A DNA stretch of 60,270 nucleotides, filler included, from Globobulimina sp. (taxonomy: Eukaryota): assembly GCA_003354225.1 (NCBI GenBank). It is 15 parts of 15 records of this genome, joined end to end, with 100 filler letters (N's around TTAATTAATTAA, not from the genome) between each part and the next. Parts side by side here need not be neighbours in the genome. Positions count along the whole stretch, not along the records: positions 1 to 3,929 come from PIVH01001872.1; positions 4,030 to 7,957 come from PIVH01001873.1; positions 8,058 to 11,985 come from PIVH01001874.1; positions 12,086 to 16,012 come from PIVH01001875.1; 11 more parts are not named here. The stretch is one strand, 5' to 3'. Made by a program: the position numbers and the translations under genes. Shown in pieces: positions 1 to 12,128 of the stretch. Each line of letters opens with the position of its first letter. Position 1 is the stretch's first letter. The notes under the pieces are model-generated. The model made no database searches. It was not told where the DNA came from and saw only the letters and a list, made by a program, of their open reading frames with translations.

Positions 1-2
1 CC

Positions 3-1514
3 ATAAATATCAAAATATATTGTCGCTGTAGACAACAACCATTGCCATCATTAAAGAAAGAGTCTCAAATCGGTAACGAGAGTAAGAAAGTAATGCAGGA
101 TCGCTTACATTTAAATAAATTCCGCAACAATGACGACGACGAAGAAGTGGAGGAAGATGAACGAGTGAAATCTTATTTATATGGCAAAGAAAGGATACCT
201 TTTAATGAAAATGATGAAATACGCTTAAATTATAAATCTGGCGAGAAACACTTTGAATGTCTAGGGTTTATTGACAGTGCTCGAATACAACGACATCAAT
301 TCATGCATAGTGCATTTGTGGTGATACCCGATCCAAAGTCGCCGCGATCGCAATATGCATTATCTGCATTTATAAGGGCCTGTCATGAGAAAGAAGTGTC
401 CATTTTATGTCGCTTAGTCTCTCGCAAAAATGCGCCACCAAAATATGTGTGTTTGCAGCCGCGCATTAAAACCAATAAAGAGATATTTATTTTAAATGAA
501 CTGCCTTTTTACGAAGATATTCGAAAGTTTCCCTTTGCCAGTTTCAGTGTGAAAAAAGCATACATCCCCAACCGGGAACAGATTGAAGTGTGTAAGAATT
601 TAATTACATCCTTGAATTTAATGGAGGCGCAAATAGACGAAGATGGCGATAAAATCGAAGCGTTGCGGCCGCAGAATACATTTAATCCAATTTTACAAAG
701 GTTTTATCAGAGTTTACAGAATCGAGCCTTGGATCCAAATGCCGAGATACAAGAATTAGACCCGATGATATTAAAATATTTAGAGCCGGATCCGATGATA
801 TTTAATGATGAAAATACGCAGAAACACATGAAGCAGTTTGAGAGTGTGTTCCCTACCAAACTTATTCCAAAGAAACAGGTCAAAAAAGAGAGGAAACATT
901 GGAATGATATGGGCGATGAACTGGATAATTTATTTGATGTTGCGGTTGATGATAATATGCAAAACAAAAACATCAAACATGAAGATAAGGAGGAAGAGGA
1001 GGAGGAGGACGATGTGGATGTGATGGGATTGCTGAATATCGAAATGGAGGTCGTGCGCCAGATTGGCACTACAAATCCAAAGAGGGATTTTGATAAATTA
1101 TTAAGTGCGCGATCGTCTGCAGATTTATTTGAGAAATTGAGTATGGAATATTGGACTGTTATACATAAATTAATTGAGACTTCGTTTGGTGATGCTTTGT
1201 TTAATAAAGCATTGGAATGTATTATTCATTTAAAACAATGTTCGATTAAAGAGGAAGAACCGTTGTTGTTCAATAGAGAGTTGATTAAATTTAAAGGGAA
1301 ATGGAAAGAGAAGAAAAGGAATTTGTGGGCCATGTTGGTTGAAAAAGATATAGGATTGATTTGTATGGAGGATTTTGAGGGCGACCAAGTCCCGCATGGC
1401 TTGAAAGTAACAAAGATGGAATGTGATGAATTTTTAACGCAACAAATTGAAGAAAAACAGGTAATTGCTAAGATAGAGGATGACAGTGATGACGAGTTCG
1501 ATGATTTACTATAA
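3..1514 (+). CDS. KU80: Ku80 NHEJ DNA end-binding subunit, 5'-partial
   Basis: Ku core motifs YLYGKERIPF, LNELPFYEDIR and NPILQRFYQSL..RALDP; Ku80 C-terminal helical domain (IGTTNP..DF, FNKALECI); acidic ..DDLL terminus. Frame is open to the window start. Confidence 0.92.
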   Translation: MNIKIYCRCRQQPLPSLKKESQIGNESKKVMQDRLHLNKFRNNDDDEEVEEDERVKSYLYGKERIPFNENDEIRLNYKSGEKHFECLGFIDSARIQRHQFMHSAFVVIPDPKSPRSQYALSAFIRACHEKEVSILCRLVSRKNAPPKYVCLQPRIKTNKEIFILNELPFYEDIRKFPFASFSVKKAYIPNREQIEVCKNLITSLNLMEAQIDEDGDKIEALRPQNTFNPILQRFYQSLQNRALDPNAEIQELDPMILKYLEPDPMIFNDENTQKHMKQFESVFPTKLIPKKQVKKERKHWNDMGDELDNLFDVAVDDNMQNKNIKHEDKEEEEEEDDVDVMGLLNIEMEVVRQIGTTNPKRDFDKLLSARSSADLFEKLSMEYWTVIHKLIETSFGDALFNKALECIIHLKQCSIKEEEPLLFNRELIKFKGKWKEKKRNLWAMLVEKDIGLICMEDFEGDQVPHGLKVTKMECDEFLTQQIEEKQVIAKIEDDSDDEFDDLL

Positions 1515-1686
1515 GCTCAAGTAATTTGAACTTTCTCTTATTTAAACAATATAACAGCATGTTTCATTTATAAATTGTGTAAAAGTATACAAAAAATAGC
1601 ATTAAAAAACTTTACGACCCTTTTTAAGATAATTGTTCGTTACTCATTGGCGAATCTGGCAAACATATGAATAAAAGATAAATCCA

Positions 1687-3443
1687 ATGTCCATTGATAG
1701 TTTTGATGATTTTGATATTGATAAAGACAATTCAACAGAGCCAACAAAAAAAGTACTTAGAAATAGAAATATAAAAAAAACTGAGTCGTCTGGAGATGAA
1801 GAATCAGAGCAATCTCTTATGTCACCGTTCAATTCTGATAACGATACGAATGGTAGGTATTCATTTATGTGTTATTTGTTGGATATTAAGCATTAAAATA
1901 AAAACATATAATTGATATATCAGCACCACCCGTATCTGCGATGCAAAGATTTAAAAATAAAGTCCGAAGTAAAAATTCCGAGCACTCCGATGGTGGATCA
2001 TCTGATGACAATATTGGCAAAAAAAGAAGACGAAAAGAGTATGATAGTGATGAATCTGATGATGATTACAGTGAATTTAATGAATGTGTCGATGATGAAC
2101 CTTCAACGGCATGGAAAGGCACAAATAATTCTTATGACGGTCATGGATTGAAGCTATTTTATAGAGATACGTTAGGAATAGAAACGGAAACAGAATCAGA
2201 CTCAGCCTCAGACTCAGAACCAATGAAAAAAAAAAGAAAATTAAATGATAATAATAATTTAAATCGGAATAAATTAACATCAAAATTAGCAGAAAATCAA
2301 TTGAAGGAATCGTTTGGAACATTACCGGTTTCTGCTGATATAATCTGTAAAATTTGTAAATATTTAACCCTGACTCAAATATCGTCGACTTTGGTATTAA
2401 TCAACCATGAATTTTGTGACTATTTAAACACTGATAAATATTGGCAAAAATTCTATTTTTCGTTGAGCAAAAATATAATAACAATGCCCGAAACAAAAAT
2501 AATTAAAAAATATAATTTAAAAACAAGTGGAGATAATAAAATATATAAACGGAGAGTTTTATGGTATTACACCGTTGCAATGGACGAACCGAGCATTTTT
2601 AATCAATTATTAATGGAATATATACCGCCATTATTAATAAATGAATTCGGAGCAGAGGAATATAACAAAGATAAATATCGAGTGGATAGATTGTTTGCTA
2701 TTCGATTGTATTTGGTCAAACAATGTGTTGTTATGCATTTTAATAAGAAACATGCAAATAATTATGAAAAAACGAAACATAAATATGGAATTGATCAAGT
2801 ATTTAGATATTGTAATGACGAAATGAAGGTTATTATGCCAGGTATAAAATATTCACCATTTGCCAGGTATCAATATGAAGCTATTTGGTCTGATAATAAA
2901 TATAAAAAAATGGATAATGTGCAAGGTCATAAATTTCTAAATCTATGTAATAAATTTAATGTAAAATGGAAAAGCCAAAATGATATATTTGGTGTATTTA
3001 GATATATAAATCAATTATACATTGAGTATATTTTAAATGGAATGGTTAAAGAAAATGTAAAAGATTTACAATATTTGGTTAGTTTACAAACATTTTATGA
3101 GACGACAACAGGGAACGCAACAAAAGTAATTAAGAATTTATGTGATGATGAAAGTACAATTCATAATATTATTGATATTGGCGATGGTGGTGATACCATG
3201 CAAGTTACGATTCAATCACCAAAAATTATATTGCATCAGCAAATAAAATATATTATGCATTTTATCAATAATTATGATGATAATGGAAATCTATGCTGTA
3301 AATTAATAACTTTAATGGATGAAATGAAGGAAAGAAAAATTATATCATCATTGGAGGAATTTGAAAATCTCAAAGCGTTGATAGATAGAAATCAGTTCAA
3401 GTTAAATAAAGATTGCATCACTTGTATACTGTTTAATATTTAA
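1687..3443 (+). CDS. F-box-like protein with acidic N-terminus (2 exons; intron 1853-1923)
   Basis: A GTAGGT...CAG intron of 71 nt joins ORF 1687 in frame to ORF 1941. LPVSADIICKICKYL...LVLINHEF...DKYWQKFY resembles an F-box. Confidence 0.6.
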
Positions 3444-3929
3444 ATGCATCCCGCAATCAACATCCCCTGCCCCTGGACACGCACTTGTGTCGAAACATGA
3501 GCTTTTTATAAATAATTATATTTAAGCCGTACAATATCTCAATTAAATAATTCTATTCTATTCTATACCGACAGCGAGTTATTCTTTGCATATGCATATT
3601 GTGTACATAGTCACGTGCAATCATGATTCATTGTCATTTAATATACCACAAATTGGCGCATCCACCTCAACGTCGAGCGGGGGGACTCGAGCCTAAGAGC
3701 AGTTTTATGCGTACAGGAATAACAGGATATATATGAAATTTTGAATGGTGGTGGCTAGCTATTTCTGGTGTGATTGTATTGATATTGTGAGTTGTGTTGT
3801 GATTGTATATACGTATCAAAACAATATTCGGTATACTAAGTTTTGCTGAACAGTATCTTATATATTGTTTTTGAATATTGTAAAACTTGCACTTTTTTCA
3901 GAGTCCATTTAAACAGTGTCGTAAACAAA

Positions 3930-4029
3930 NNNNNNNNNNNNNNNNNNNNNNNNNNNNNNNNNNNNNNNNNNNNTTAATTAATTAANNNNNNNNNNNNNNN
4001 NNNNNNNNNNNNNNNNNNNNNNNNNNNNN
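3930..4029. other. Artificial contig-joining spacer (first of 14)
   Basis: N44-TTAATTAATTAA-N44, with stops in all six frames. Identical spacers at 7958-8057, 11986-12085, 16013-16112, 20040-20139, 24066-24165, 28092-28191, 32117-32216, 36141-36240, 40165-40264, 44189-44288, 48211-48310, 52231-52330 and 56251-56350. Contig lengths fall from 3929 to 3920 nt. Confidence 0.99.
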
Positions 4030-4250
4030 TTGTCTGTTCTGATTTATAGTGGAAATAATTACGGCCATTCTCCTGCCAGGAATCAATCAATTCCCCTGAA
4101 GAAATGGCTTTATGTCCCTCTTCTGTACTGACTATTGCTTGAAAATCAATCCAATACAAAGCAAGGTTGCAGAGGTGAGTAGGAATTATCCGCTGCGCAG
4201 TGGGAAGTGGACCCTCTTCGAAGGAGGGATTCGCGTTCCTTTTATTGCCA
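4030..4250. other. Foreign, bacterial-looking fragments at contig end (sulfatase piece on +, M1-peptidase/ABC-permease-like piece on -)
   Basis: + strand 4184-4249 reads NYPLRSGKWTLFEGGIRVPFIA (arylsulfatase motif). - strand 4030-4153 reads WIDFQAIVSTEEGHKAISSGELIDSWQENGRNYFHYKSEQT. Confidence 0.6.
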
Positions 4251-5821
4251 ACTTTCTGTTTCATGCGGTCCCCAAATGGTTTTCTGCCGCAAAGTGATCG
4301 ATAAATTATTACACCATAACTAAAAAAGTCAACCATCTCATCGTAATACTGCGTCAATACCACTCTCGGCGCAGTGTAGCCCGGCGTGCCGGCATAGCCT
4401 CGAATGCACTCATTTGATGTCTGCGATATCGCCAATCCCAAATCTGATATTTTCACATTGCCGAAAGCATCGAGCAGTACATTCTCTAGCTTTAAATCTC
4501 TATAAATTATATTTTTTGAGTGAATGTGTTGTAATCCCAATAAAATCTGAGCACAATAAAACCTTGCTCGCTTTTCTTCGAATACGCCATATTGATTCAA
4601 ATGATATTTTAAGTCGCCGCCAGACATCAAATCCATGATTAAATAAAGGGTGCAATTGTCCATAAAGGCGTATTTCAATGAAGTTACAAATTTGCTGTCC
4701 ATCAAACTCAAAAACGTTTTTTCCGCAATTAAGGAAGCCACGGCATCCGTTTCTTGAACTCTCCGTTTGTCGATTTTCTTCATTGCATATAGTTTGCCAG
4801 TGTCTTTTTTCATGCACGCATTGACTGAGCCAAAGGCGCCGCGGCCTAACATCCGCATAGAATGGAAGCTTAGAACCGAAACAGACGACAATTCGATGAA
4901 TAGCTTGCATTCCAAATACATGTCAAAGAAGGAACACTTTAGAAATCGAGGGAATATGTCCAATCGCAGATCGCTTAATATTTGTTGGACAACGCCGTCG
5001 AACATATTTGCATCCACATCGCCAGCAATCATTCTTTCTTTTAATTTTTTTAATGGTTTTCCAGTGCAGCCGATTGCATTCGAATCGCCAATGAAAAATA
5101 TGTCCTCTATCTGTTGCTCTTTTTGTTCCTCTTTTTCATCAGAATCGTCAACGGAAACGTCAATGGAAAGAGGATGTTTTCTATATGCGATGCTATCGGA
5201 AAAACTATTTTTTAGTATCATCAGATCCATCGCATTCTGCTCATTATTATCGCGATCGCTGTGGCTGCGGCTATTTATAAAGCTGTTGGGCTTATTATAA
5301 AGCATAGTGTTTGAAAATTCAGTTATGTCCGATGCAGTGTCTGTTATTTTATCGTTGGCGCTCGGAAGGGAATTTTTTGAGCTTTGCGGCGTTTCCGATA
5401 TTGACTCTTTAGCACTGTAGTTCAGATTTGCACCCTGTATACACGAGGTGCCTTTGATGCGAGTGTCTGACTCCGGAGCGCAAAATGTAAAAAATATTTT
5501 ATTCGATACTATTTTCCGTGCGGTGTAATTGTGCAAAGATTTAAAAATTGCAACATCGCGAATAAATACTGCCTTATCGATGCAATCTTGTGATTGTAAG
5601 TATAATGCGATGAAGTAATATCCGATAGGTTCGTTGAATAATATGTTAAACGAAATGTTGTTTTCATCCTCTAATTTGTCTTCAAATGCTCTGATTTCTT
5701 GTTCTGTTTTGGACCTCAATTCGGTCCAAATTGGTAGTCGTCTGTAATCTGTTTTAATTTTGGTCTTTTTTGCTGATATCAATTGTTGATCCATTGCAAG
5801 ATCAATAATGTCATTGTACAT
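4250..5821 (-). CDS. G-protein-coupled receptor kinase-like AGC kinase (RGS-homology + kinase), 3'-truncated by a chimeric junction
   Basis: N-terminal helix MYNDIIDLAMDQQLISAK; RH-like FNILFNEPIGYYF and IFPRFLKCSFF; kinase motifs LGRGAFGSV, YAMKKIDKRR, DLMSGGDLKYHL, YRDLKLEN, SDLGLA and AGTPGY. Similarity is lost after subdomain IX. Confidence 0.85.
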
Positions 5822-5985
5822 TTTTACCGTCGATGAAATAAAGAAGATAAATAAAGACGTCACAAGATGAATATTATGATGTAATTCTCACTATTACTGT
5901 TTCAGAAACGATGCGTGTGATTTTATTTAAAGTACACATGTGATTTTCTTCAAAAGTAAAAACTCTGCGCTAACAAATAAACAGC

Positions 5986-7957
5986 ATGTCACAAAAAAGG
6001 GGTAAAGGGAAAAGCGGCAAACACAACAAAAATAAGAAGCAAGGTGGTGATGACAGTTATGGATTGCAAGCGATAATATTAGCAGACAGTTACAGTCATA
6101 AACGATTTCGTCCACTCACACATTCCATTCCTAAAATGTTAATTCCTTTGGCCGGATGTCCAATGATCAATTATTCCATTGACTTGTTAACAAATTCAAA
6201 TGTAAATGAGATATATATAATATGTTCCTCGCATGCACAACAATTGGAGGATTATATACATTCATCTCAATGGATGAACAAACATTGGTTTCCAAAATTA
6301 AAGATCCACATTGAACGCATACCATTGTGTCAGACTGTTGGCGCCGCATTGAGACATATGCATAATTTGAATTACATACAGTCAAACACATTTATACTAT
6401 GCCACGGTGATTGCGTTGCTAATATTTCATTGACAAACAATATCAAAAAACACCAGGAACGGTATAAAAACAGCACCAGCACATTAATGACCTGTTTGTT
6501 TAAGAATGCCAGTCATAAACAGCGATCTACGTTAAGTTGACAGTTACATCCACATCCTTGCACTCATTTGATTTAATTTGTAATTGCACACTGCAGTTCA
6601 TTGGAGGATGATTTATTTATTGTAACTAACGACAATAATGAATTACTACAATACTCGAATGACAGATTACGAAATAACTTATCCTTTGACCTATCCATAT
6701 TTGATGATATTGGCAATGAAGAGATCGAAATAAATCATAACATCATTGATTGTGGCATAGATATTTGCAGTAAGACCGTATTGTCGCTATTCGAGGATAA
6801 CTTCGATTATGACTGCATTCGCGGGGAACAGTTGAGTCTGTTCGAAGGTGTAATCCGCTCCGAAATCTATAATTATAAGATCTATGCGGATATCTTGCAT
6901 GTGGAGAATGAGTACGCTGTCCGTATTCTGGATTGGCGCTCGTATGCGGGGATAAGCACAGATATCATTGAACGATGGACCTATCCGTTGGTCTTAGACA
7001 GTAACACAGTTTCACACAATTACATATTTGAACGGAATAACATTTATAAAGAGGATAATGTCAAAATTGGACTGCAATCCCTGATTAAACAAAATACCAT
7101 TTTAGGATATAATGTAGTGATTGGTAATAAATGTACGATCAATAAATGTGTGATTGGCGCAAATTGCACCATTGGTAACCGGACAGAAATCAATAATTCC
7201 TTCATATTTGGTGACTGTTTTGTGGGTAATAATTGTGTATTGAATGGTGTGGTGATGGCGAATAATGTGGTGATTGGTAACAATTGTCATATTAGCAAAG
7301 GATGCATCTTATCCTTTGGCGTTGAAATTGATCATAATATGTCGTTGAAAGCCTATACAAAAGTGACTGCAATCAAAGCTGATACTGATCAACATAATGA
7401 TGATGGTTTTGACTTTGATAGTGATCATGGACAGGAACAGGATGATGCAGTGCATAGTGTGCAATTACCCAAACAACAACGCTTTAGACTGTCGCCCAAA
7501 GGGAGGGTCCGAGCGTTGTCACAACCAAATAAGGACATGCATGAAAAGGAGAATATAAACACTATAATGGGCATTATTGATGGTGCTGATATGAATGATG
7601 TGAAACGAGATGAATGCAATGAATCCGCTGCCTATGACATTGAAATTGTGGGTAAGAATGGTAAAGGTTTTTTATATGAAATTGCTCAAAATGATGAATC
7701 ATTTGTATTGGATTCGATAAACAATGTATTAGCGAATGAATGTGATCGACCGCAGAGAGGACATCCGATGATTACTGATACAAAACACGCACAAAAATCA
7801 CTCAGTGTGGATATTATTATTGATGCGCCGATTGGTAATGGCAATGGTGATGCAAATATGAATGTGAATCATATATTTGATCAAAAGAAATTAGTGCAGG
7901 AGAGATCAGATTGTATCTCGAGTGCAGAGAATAACAAATCTATAAATTTTAAGATGG
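5986..7957 (+). CDS. EIF2B5: Translation initiation factor eIF2B epsilon subunit, 3'-partial (intron 6531-6596)
   Basis: LQAIILADSY..RFRPLT..PKMLIPL nucleotidyltransferase-like domain; DCGIDICS, FEDNFDY and DIIERWTYPLV; hexapeptide left-handed beta-helix repeats. A 66-nt intron restores the frame (QRSTSLEDD). Confidence 0.92.
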
Positions 7958-8057
7958 NNNNNNNNNNNNNNNNNNNNNNNNNNNNNNNNNNNNNNNNNNN
8001 NTTAATTAATTAANNNNNNNNNNNNNNNNNNNNNNNNNNNNNNNNNNNNNNNNNNNN

Positions 8058-9983
8058 CGAAGCTCCTGATGACGTTGCAGTGGTCGTGGATTTCACATCG
8101 CTGATACTCCCACCACTGCCACTGCCGCCATCGCCGAGGTTCAACTGCAACGGATGGAAAGCATTGAGCTGATAACATTCAACAATGGTGTCCCACTGCG
8201 TAATCTTGCTCGCATCTTGATTCTCCATACCAGCATTCAATAAATAGCCCGCCATTAACAATTCCTGACTCATTTGCGCATTCAGGGCGCCATGCAATGA
8301 TTGATGGCCATCGCGGTTCTTTTTGTACGGCCGTTCCAACAGCAATATGTAATAAATATTATTACTGCAATGTATCAATATCGACGATGATTTTATATCA
8401 ATGATTAACTCCAAATCGATGATATTCAGCGTATTTGTGCTGATTTCTATCCATGTCTTTCCATGCGACCGTACATTCAATAAGCAAACCCTGCCATCAT
8501 TCGTACCGAATATCACATAGTCTTTCCTCGCCCGCGTAGTCCACCACACTGCGCAATTCGCGCAAATCTCCCGCATGTCCTCAAGCAACGACTTGGACGA
8601 CTTCCCCCGTCTGCTTCTCGGCGACAGTAACTCACATTTTGTCCGTGCAATGCCATGCGACAATATGGTTAAATCGTGCTGAGCACCAAACGACTCAGTG
8701 CCATCCGCACAGACTTCATCTTCGAGTCGCTCAGAGTTGTCCTGTCCATTGCGGGTGGCGCCTGCACTCATATTCCGCCATGAAAAACTCGCATTGGCCC
8801 CGCTCAAACTCGACTTACGTCCAAACCAATGGCTCCCCCATGTTTTCTTGGATTTGGCCTTGTTGCTTTTGCCACGATGCAGCACCAAATGAGCTAACGA
8901 AGTGCTCCCAATATTACTCACATCGCCACGTTTACTTTTCTTATGTTGCTGCCGTTGCTGTTGCTGTTTGCCGTCATAACCATTTATAACTTCAGACTCA
9001 GATTTGAGCACTGTCTCTGACCGAATCATCCCTCCTCGCTTGATATCATTGGATTGATTGACAAAACCAAATTGCTGTTCGAAAAATTCATTCATATTTT
9101 TCGACGACGTTGCAGTGTTTAATTCATATGCTGTGGTCACCGATAGCTCCAATTGATGTGTTGGAATTTCCAAGAAATTGCGCAAAGGCAATAAGTGCAC
9201 ACTGCAATCCCGACAGGTCACCATTAACCAGCTACCCGTTGGGTTAAAATCCATGGATACGATGGTTTTGTCAAACGTGGTTACAGAGGTTTTGAACCAG
9301 GTTATGATGCGCAATACGGGCAATTCTTCATATTCGCTGTAGTCAATACCAATGTCGTGCTGCATTGGCGCAAAATTCTTGCCAAAGTTCTGGATGTCTG
9401 GAGGCTCACTGTCAATGCTGGAGACGCTATGAATGCCATCACTTTCGTCCTCATCAGAGTCTGCTACTAACTGAGTGGTTGGTGCAGTGCTTATTTGTGC
9501 GTTGTCATTTGGTGGTTTTTGTTTTTGCTCAGTGTTGTTGTCATTGTCATTGTCATTGTCATCGACATCGATGTGATAAATGTCACCATATAGATGTTGA
9601 ATGTTGCTGTCTTTGACAAGTTTTGCATGTTTTCTTTTGGAGCGCCTGCGATATTTACTTCGTAGTTTTTGGGGTAATGCATTTACAGAGCGGATGATTA
9701 AATATTGCTGCGATTGTGGCTGTGTAGGTGACTTGGAAGAGGAGGTAGTGGAGGAAGGGGATGGTGATGGTGGTTCTTGTGGTTGCGGTGTGTTTGGGGA
9801 TGCTTTGGATCTGCAGGCAAGGACAACAAATTCACGGCCATCAAATCTGCCACCTGCGGTCCAGGATAATACCTCAAAATCATCAATGCTATCAATGTTG
9901 AATAGGTCTTTGTTTTTTCTGGTTGCGATTAATGATTCGAATGATAGCAACGGTCGTAGGGAAAAAAGTTCTATGTCTGACAT
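8058..9983 (-). CDS. Hypothetical protein with WD40/beta-propeller-like segments and low-complexity inserts, 3'-partial
   Basis: Long ORF; IVSMDFNPTGSWLMVTCRDCSVHLL and VIFGTNDGRVCLLNV resemble WD40 blades. Confidence 0.5.
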
Positions 9984-10216
9984 GGTTAACAGGTTAGTTA
10001 AGTCACTAAACTATATATTCCAATGATATAAAGAAGCAGTATTTATATATCTTCGATTGGATGATATTATAACATAATGATAATATGTATATAACATAAT
10101 GAAAAATTAAAAATAATGAAACCTTTTATATATGATATATATTAAAGCCAAATATTAAACAGGACAGTCAAAAAAAATTCAGCTCAAAAAAATGAATAAA
10201 ACTGGCTTATCATATA

Positions 10217-11985
10217 TCATGCATTTAAGATATGTGCATCAGTTCGCCCATCTTTAGTTTGTAGAAGATTAAGATTTGCCTCCTCGGATTTTTCATGAAT
10301 TGCATCCGATGGATTACTTTCTTTTAATTGCATTTTTTGTTTTCTATTCTTGTAAATAAAATATCCGATACCAATCATCAAGAAAACAACACCTGAACAC
10401 ACTGAACACAACATAATAATTATTAAAACATATCCTTTATTTCCATTAATATTCTCCCCATTTAAATATGGTTTGAAATCTTTACCATCCAATACTAGAA
10501 TTGCTTCACTACTCTCACTGCTTAAACATACAAAATACTTTGGAATACGACATCTTGTGTCATACCATTCATAATTATTCAGCCGTTTCATAAATATGCA
10601 GTCCGCAGCATTATTATTATCGGGTTGGCCATCACCCCATGGATACACACCGACATTTGGCTGACCACCACTAAATGCATAATCTGTAGCGGAATTATCA
10701 GCCCATTTATAATTGCCTTCCGTTGATATATCATCTAAACCGATGTAACAACCACTTTGCCGGTTACTATCACCTGATGCTACAGAGTCGCATACTGCTT
10801 TTGCATAATTATATTCTGCATCGCTTCTAATTATAGCTAATGAAGTGCCATATACCGAGCTACAATAATTATTTGCATCACTATATGTCATTGCTATTGC
10901 TACAGCCACATAATTGTCAGTTGAGCCAGCAGTTGGATTCCCCGAAGGTTGTGTTGTTGGGCCCGCAGTTGGATTCTCCGATGGTTGTGTCGTCGGGCCA
11001 GCAGTTGGATTCCCCGATGGTTGTGTCGTCGGGCCCGCAGTTGGATTCTCCGAAGGTTGTGTTGTTGGGCCAGCAGTTGGATTCCCCGAAGGTTGTGTTG
11101 TTGGGCCAGCAGTTGGATTCCCCGAAGGTTGTGTTGTTGGGCCAGCAGTTGGATTCTCCGAAGGTTGTGTTGTTGGGCCAGCAGTTGGATTCTCCGAAGG
11201 TTGTGTTGTTGGGCCCGCAGTTGGATTCTCCGAAGGTTGTGTTGTTGGGCCCGCAGTTGGATTCTCCGAAGGTTCTTGGGTTGGTTCTTCACATTGATTG
11301 ACTTGGCACGCTCCATCACTCGCATAATCCTGATACAATGCATCGCAGCCATTGATAATTTCAACCGTTCCCATTGCGCCTTGATCTTCATGTTGTAATA
11401 TATGACAATGAATAGCAACAGTTCCCGCAAATAAAGATGTTTTAAATTTTATCCATCCGGGACCCCATATTGTATCCAACCAATCTCCGCGAACTTGATA
11501 ACCCTCCGCCGGATAGGCATAGTTCGTCCATCCATGAGAATTAGTACTTGGTAGCGTCGAATTAAGCATTTGAAAATGAAGTAAATGGACATGGAGTGGA
11601 TGCAATATCCGCAAGGGTGACACATAAGAGGTGGTGACTTGCCATGTATTAATTGTGTTCAATTCAATTCTCTGTAAATAGGAAGTTTCATCCATCAAAG
11701 CTTGGTCAGCTATGCTACCTCCAGTAACCAACAAGTTTTGCCAATATGCAATTTGATTATTCCCTGTTTCGTCGGGATATAATTGATCCTCTAAAGGACC
11801 ATCATAATGTAACAAATTATCGCGTAAATAAATGGGCCGAATGGGAGTAAATGGAGTTAACTCAGAAAGAGGCTCCGTTGCAGTGCCAACCACGTCAAGT
11901 ATGGCAATAACTTTTCTGCCTCCATTTGTATCATAGGTCCAAAAATCATACGATCCAAAAGGACACGACACCGCTACGTCAGCTC
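10217..11985 (-). CDS. Membrane-anchored multicopper oxidase with PT-rich stalk and C-type lectin domain, 5'-partial
   Basis: Cu-binding motifs HPLHVHLLHFQ and HCHILQHEDQGAM; 12-aa repeats; CTLD (YSDANNYC, CYIGLDD..EG.YKWAD, WGDGQPDN, C..WYD..C..YFVC); TM helix and short basic tail. Confidence 0.88.
10925..11275 (-). repeat. 36-bp coding tandem repeat, ~9.7 copies (PS[E/G]NPTAGPTTQ)
   Basis: Unit gcagttggattctccgaaggttgtgttgttgggcc[c/a] repeated near-perfectly. Confidence 0.97.
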
Positions 11986-12128
11986 NNNNNNNNNNNNNNN
12001 NNNNNNNNNNNNNNNNNNNNNNNNNNNNNTTAATTAATTAANNNNNNNNNNNNNNNNNNNNNNNNNNNNNNNNNNNNNNNNNNNNGTCGGAATATTTCGT
12101 TTTTGTTTGCTTTCTGTCTTTGGGATTG

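Noticed and set aside
1-1514. Bacterial or phage Ku as part of a prokaryotic NHEJ operon
   Set aside because: It has the eukaryote-specific Ku80 C-terminal domain and an intron-containing neighbour.
3444-3929. Possible ncRNA or small gene in the GC-richer patches downstream of the F-box gene
   Set aside because: No recognisable RNA family structure or consistent reading frame could be supported by eye.
10925-11275. 36-bp repeats as a CRISPR array
   Set aside because: Head-to-tail units with no unique spacers, in frame within a eukaryotic ORF, and no cas genes.
10840-11430. Overlapping ORFs in several frames across the repeat
   Set aside because: Shadow ORFs produced by a stop-free 36-nt tandem repeat.
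10217-11985. Copper nitrite reductase (NirK) of foraminiferal denitrification
   Set aside because: The HxxHxH and HCHxxxHxxxxM motifs in the C-terminal cupredoxin domain are laccase-type, not the NirK arrangement.
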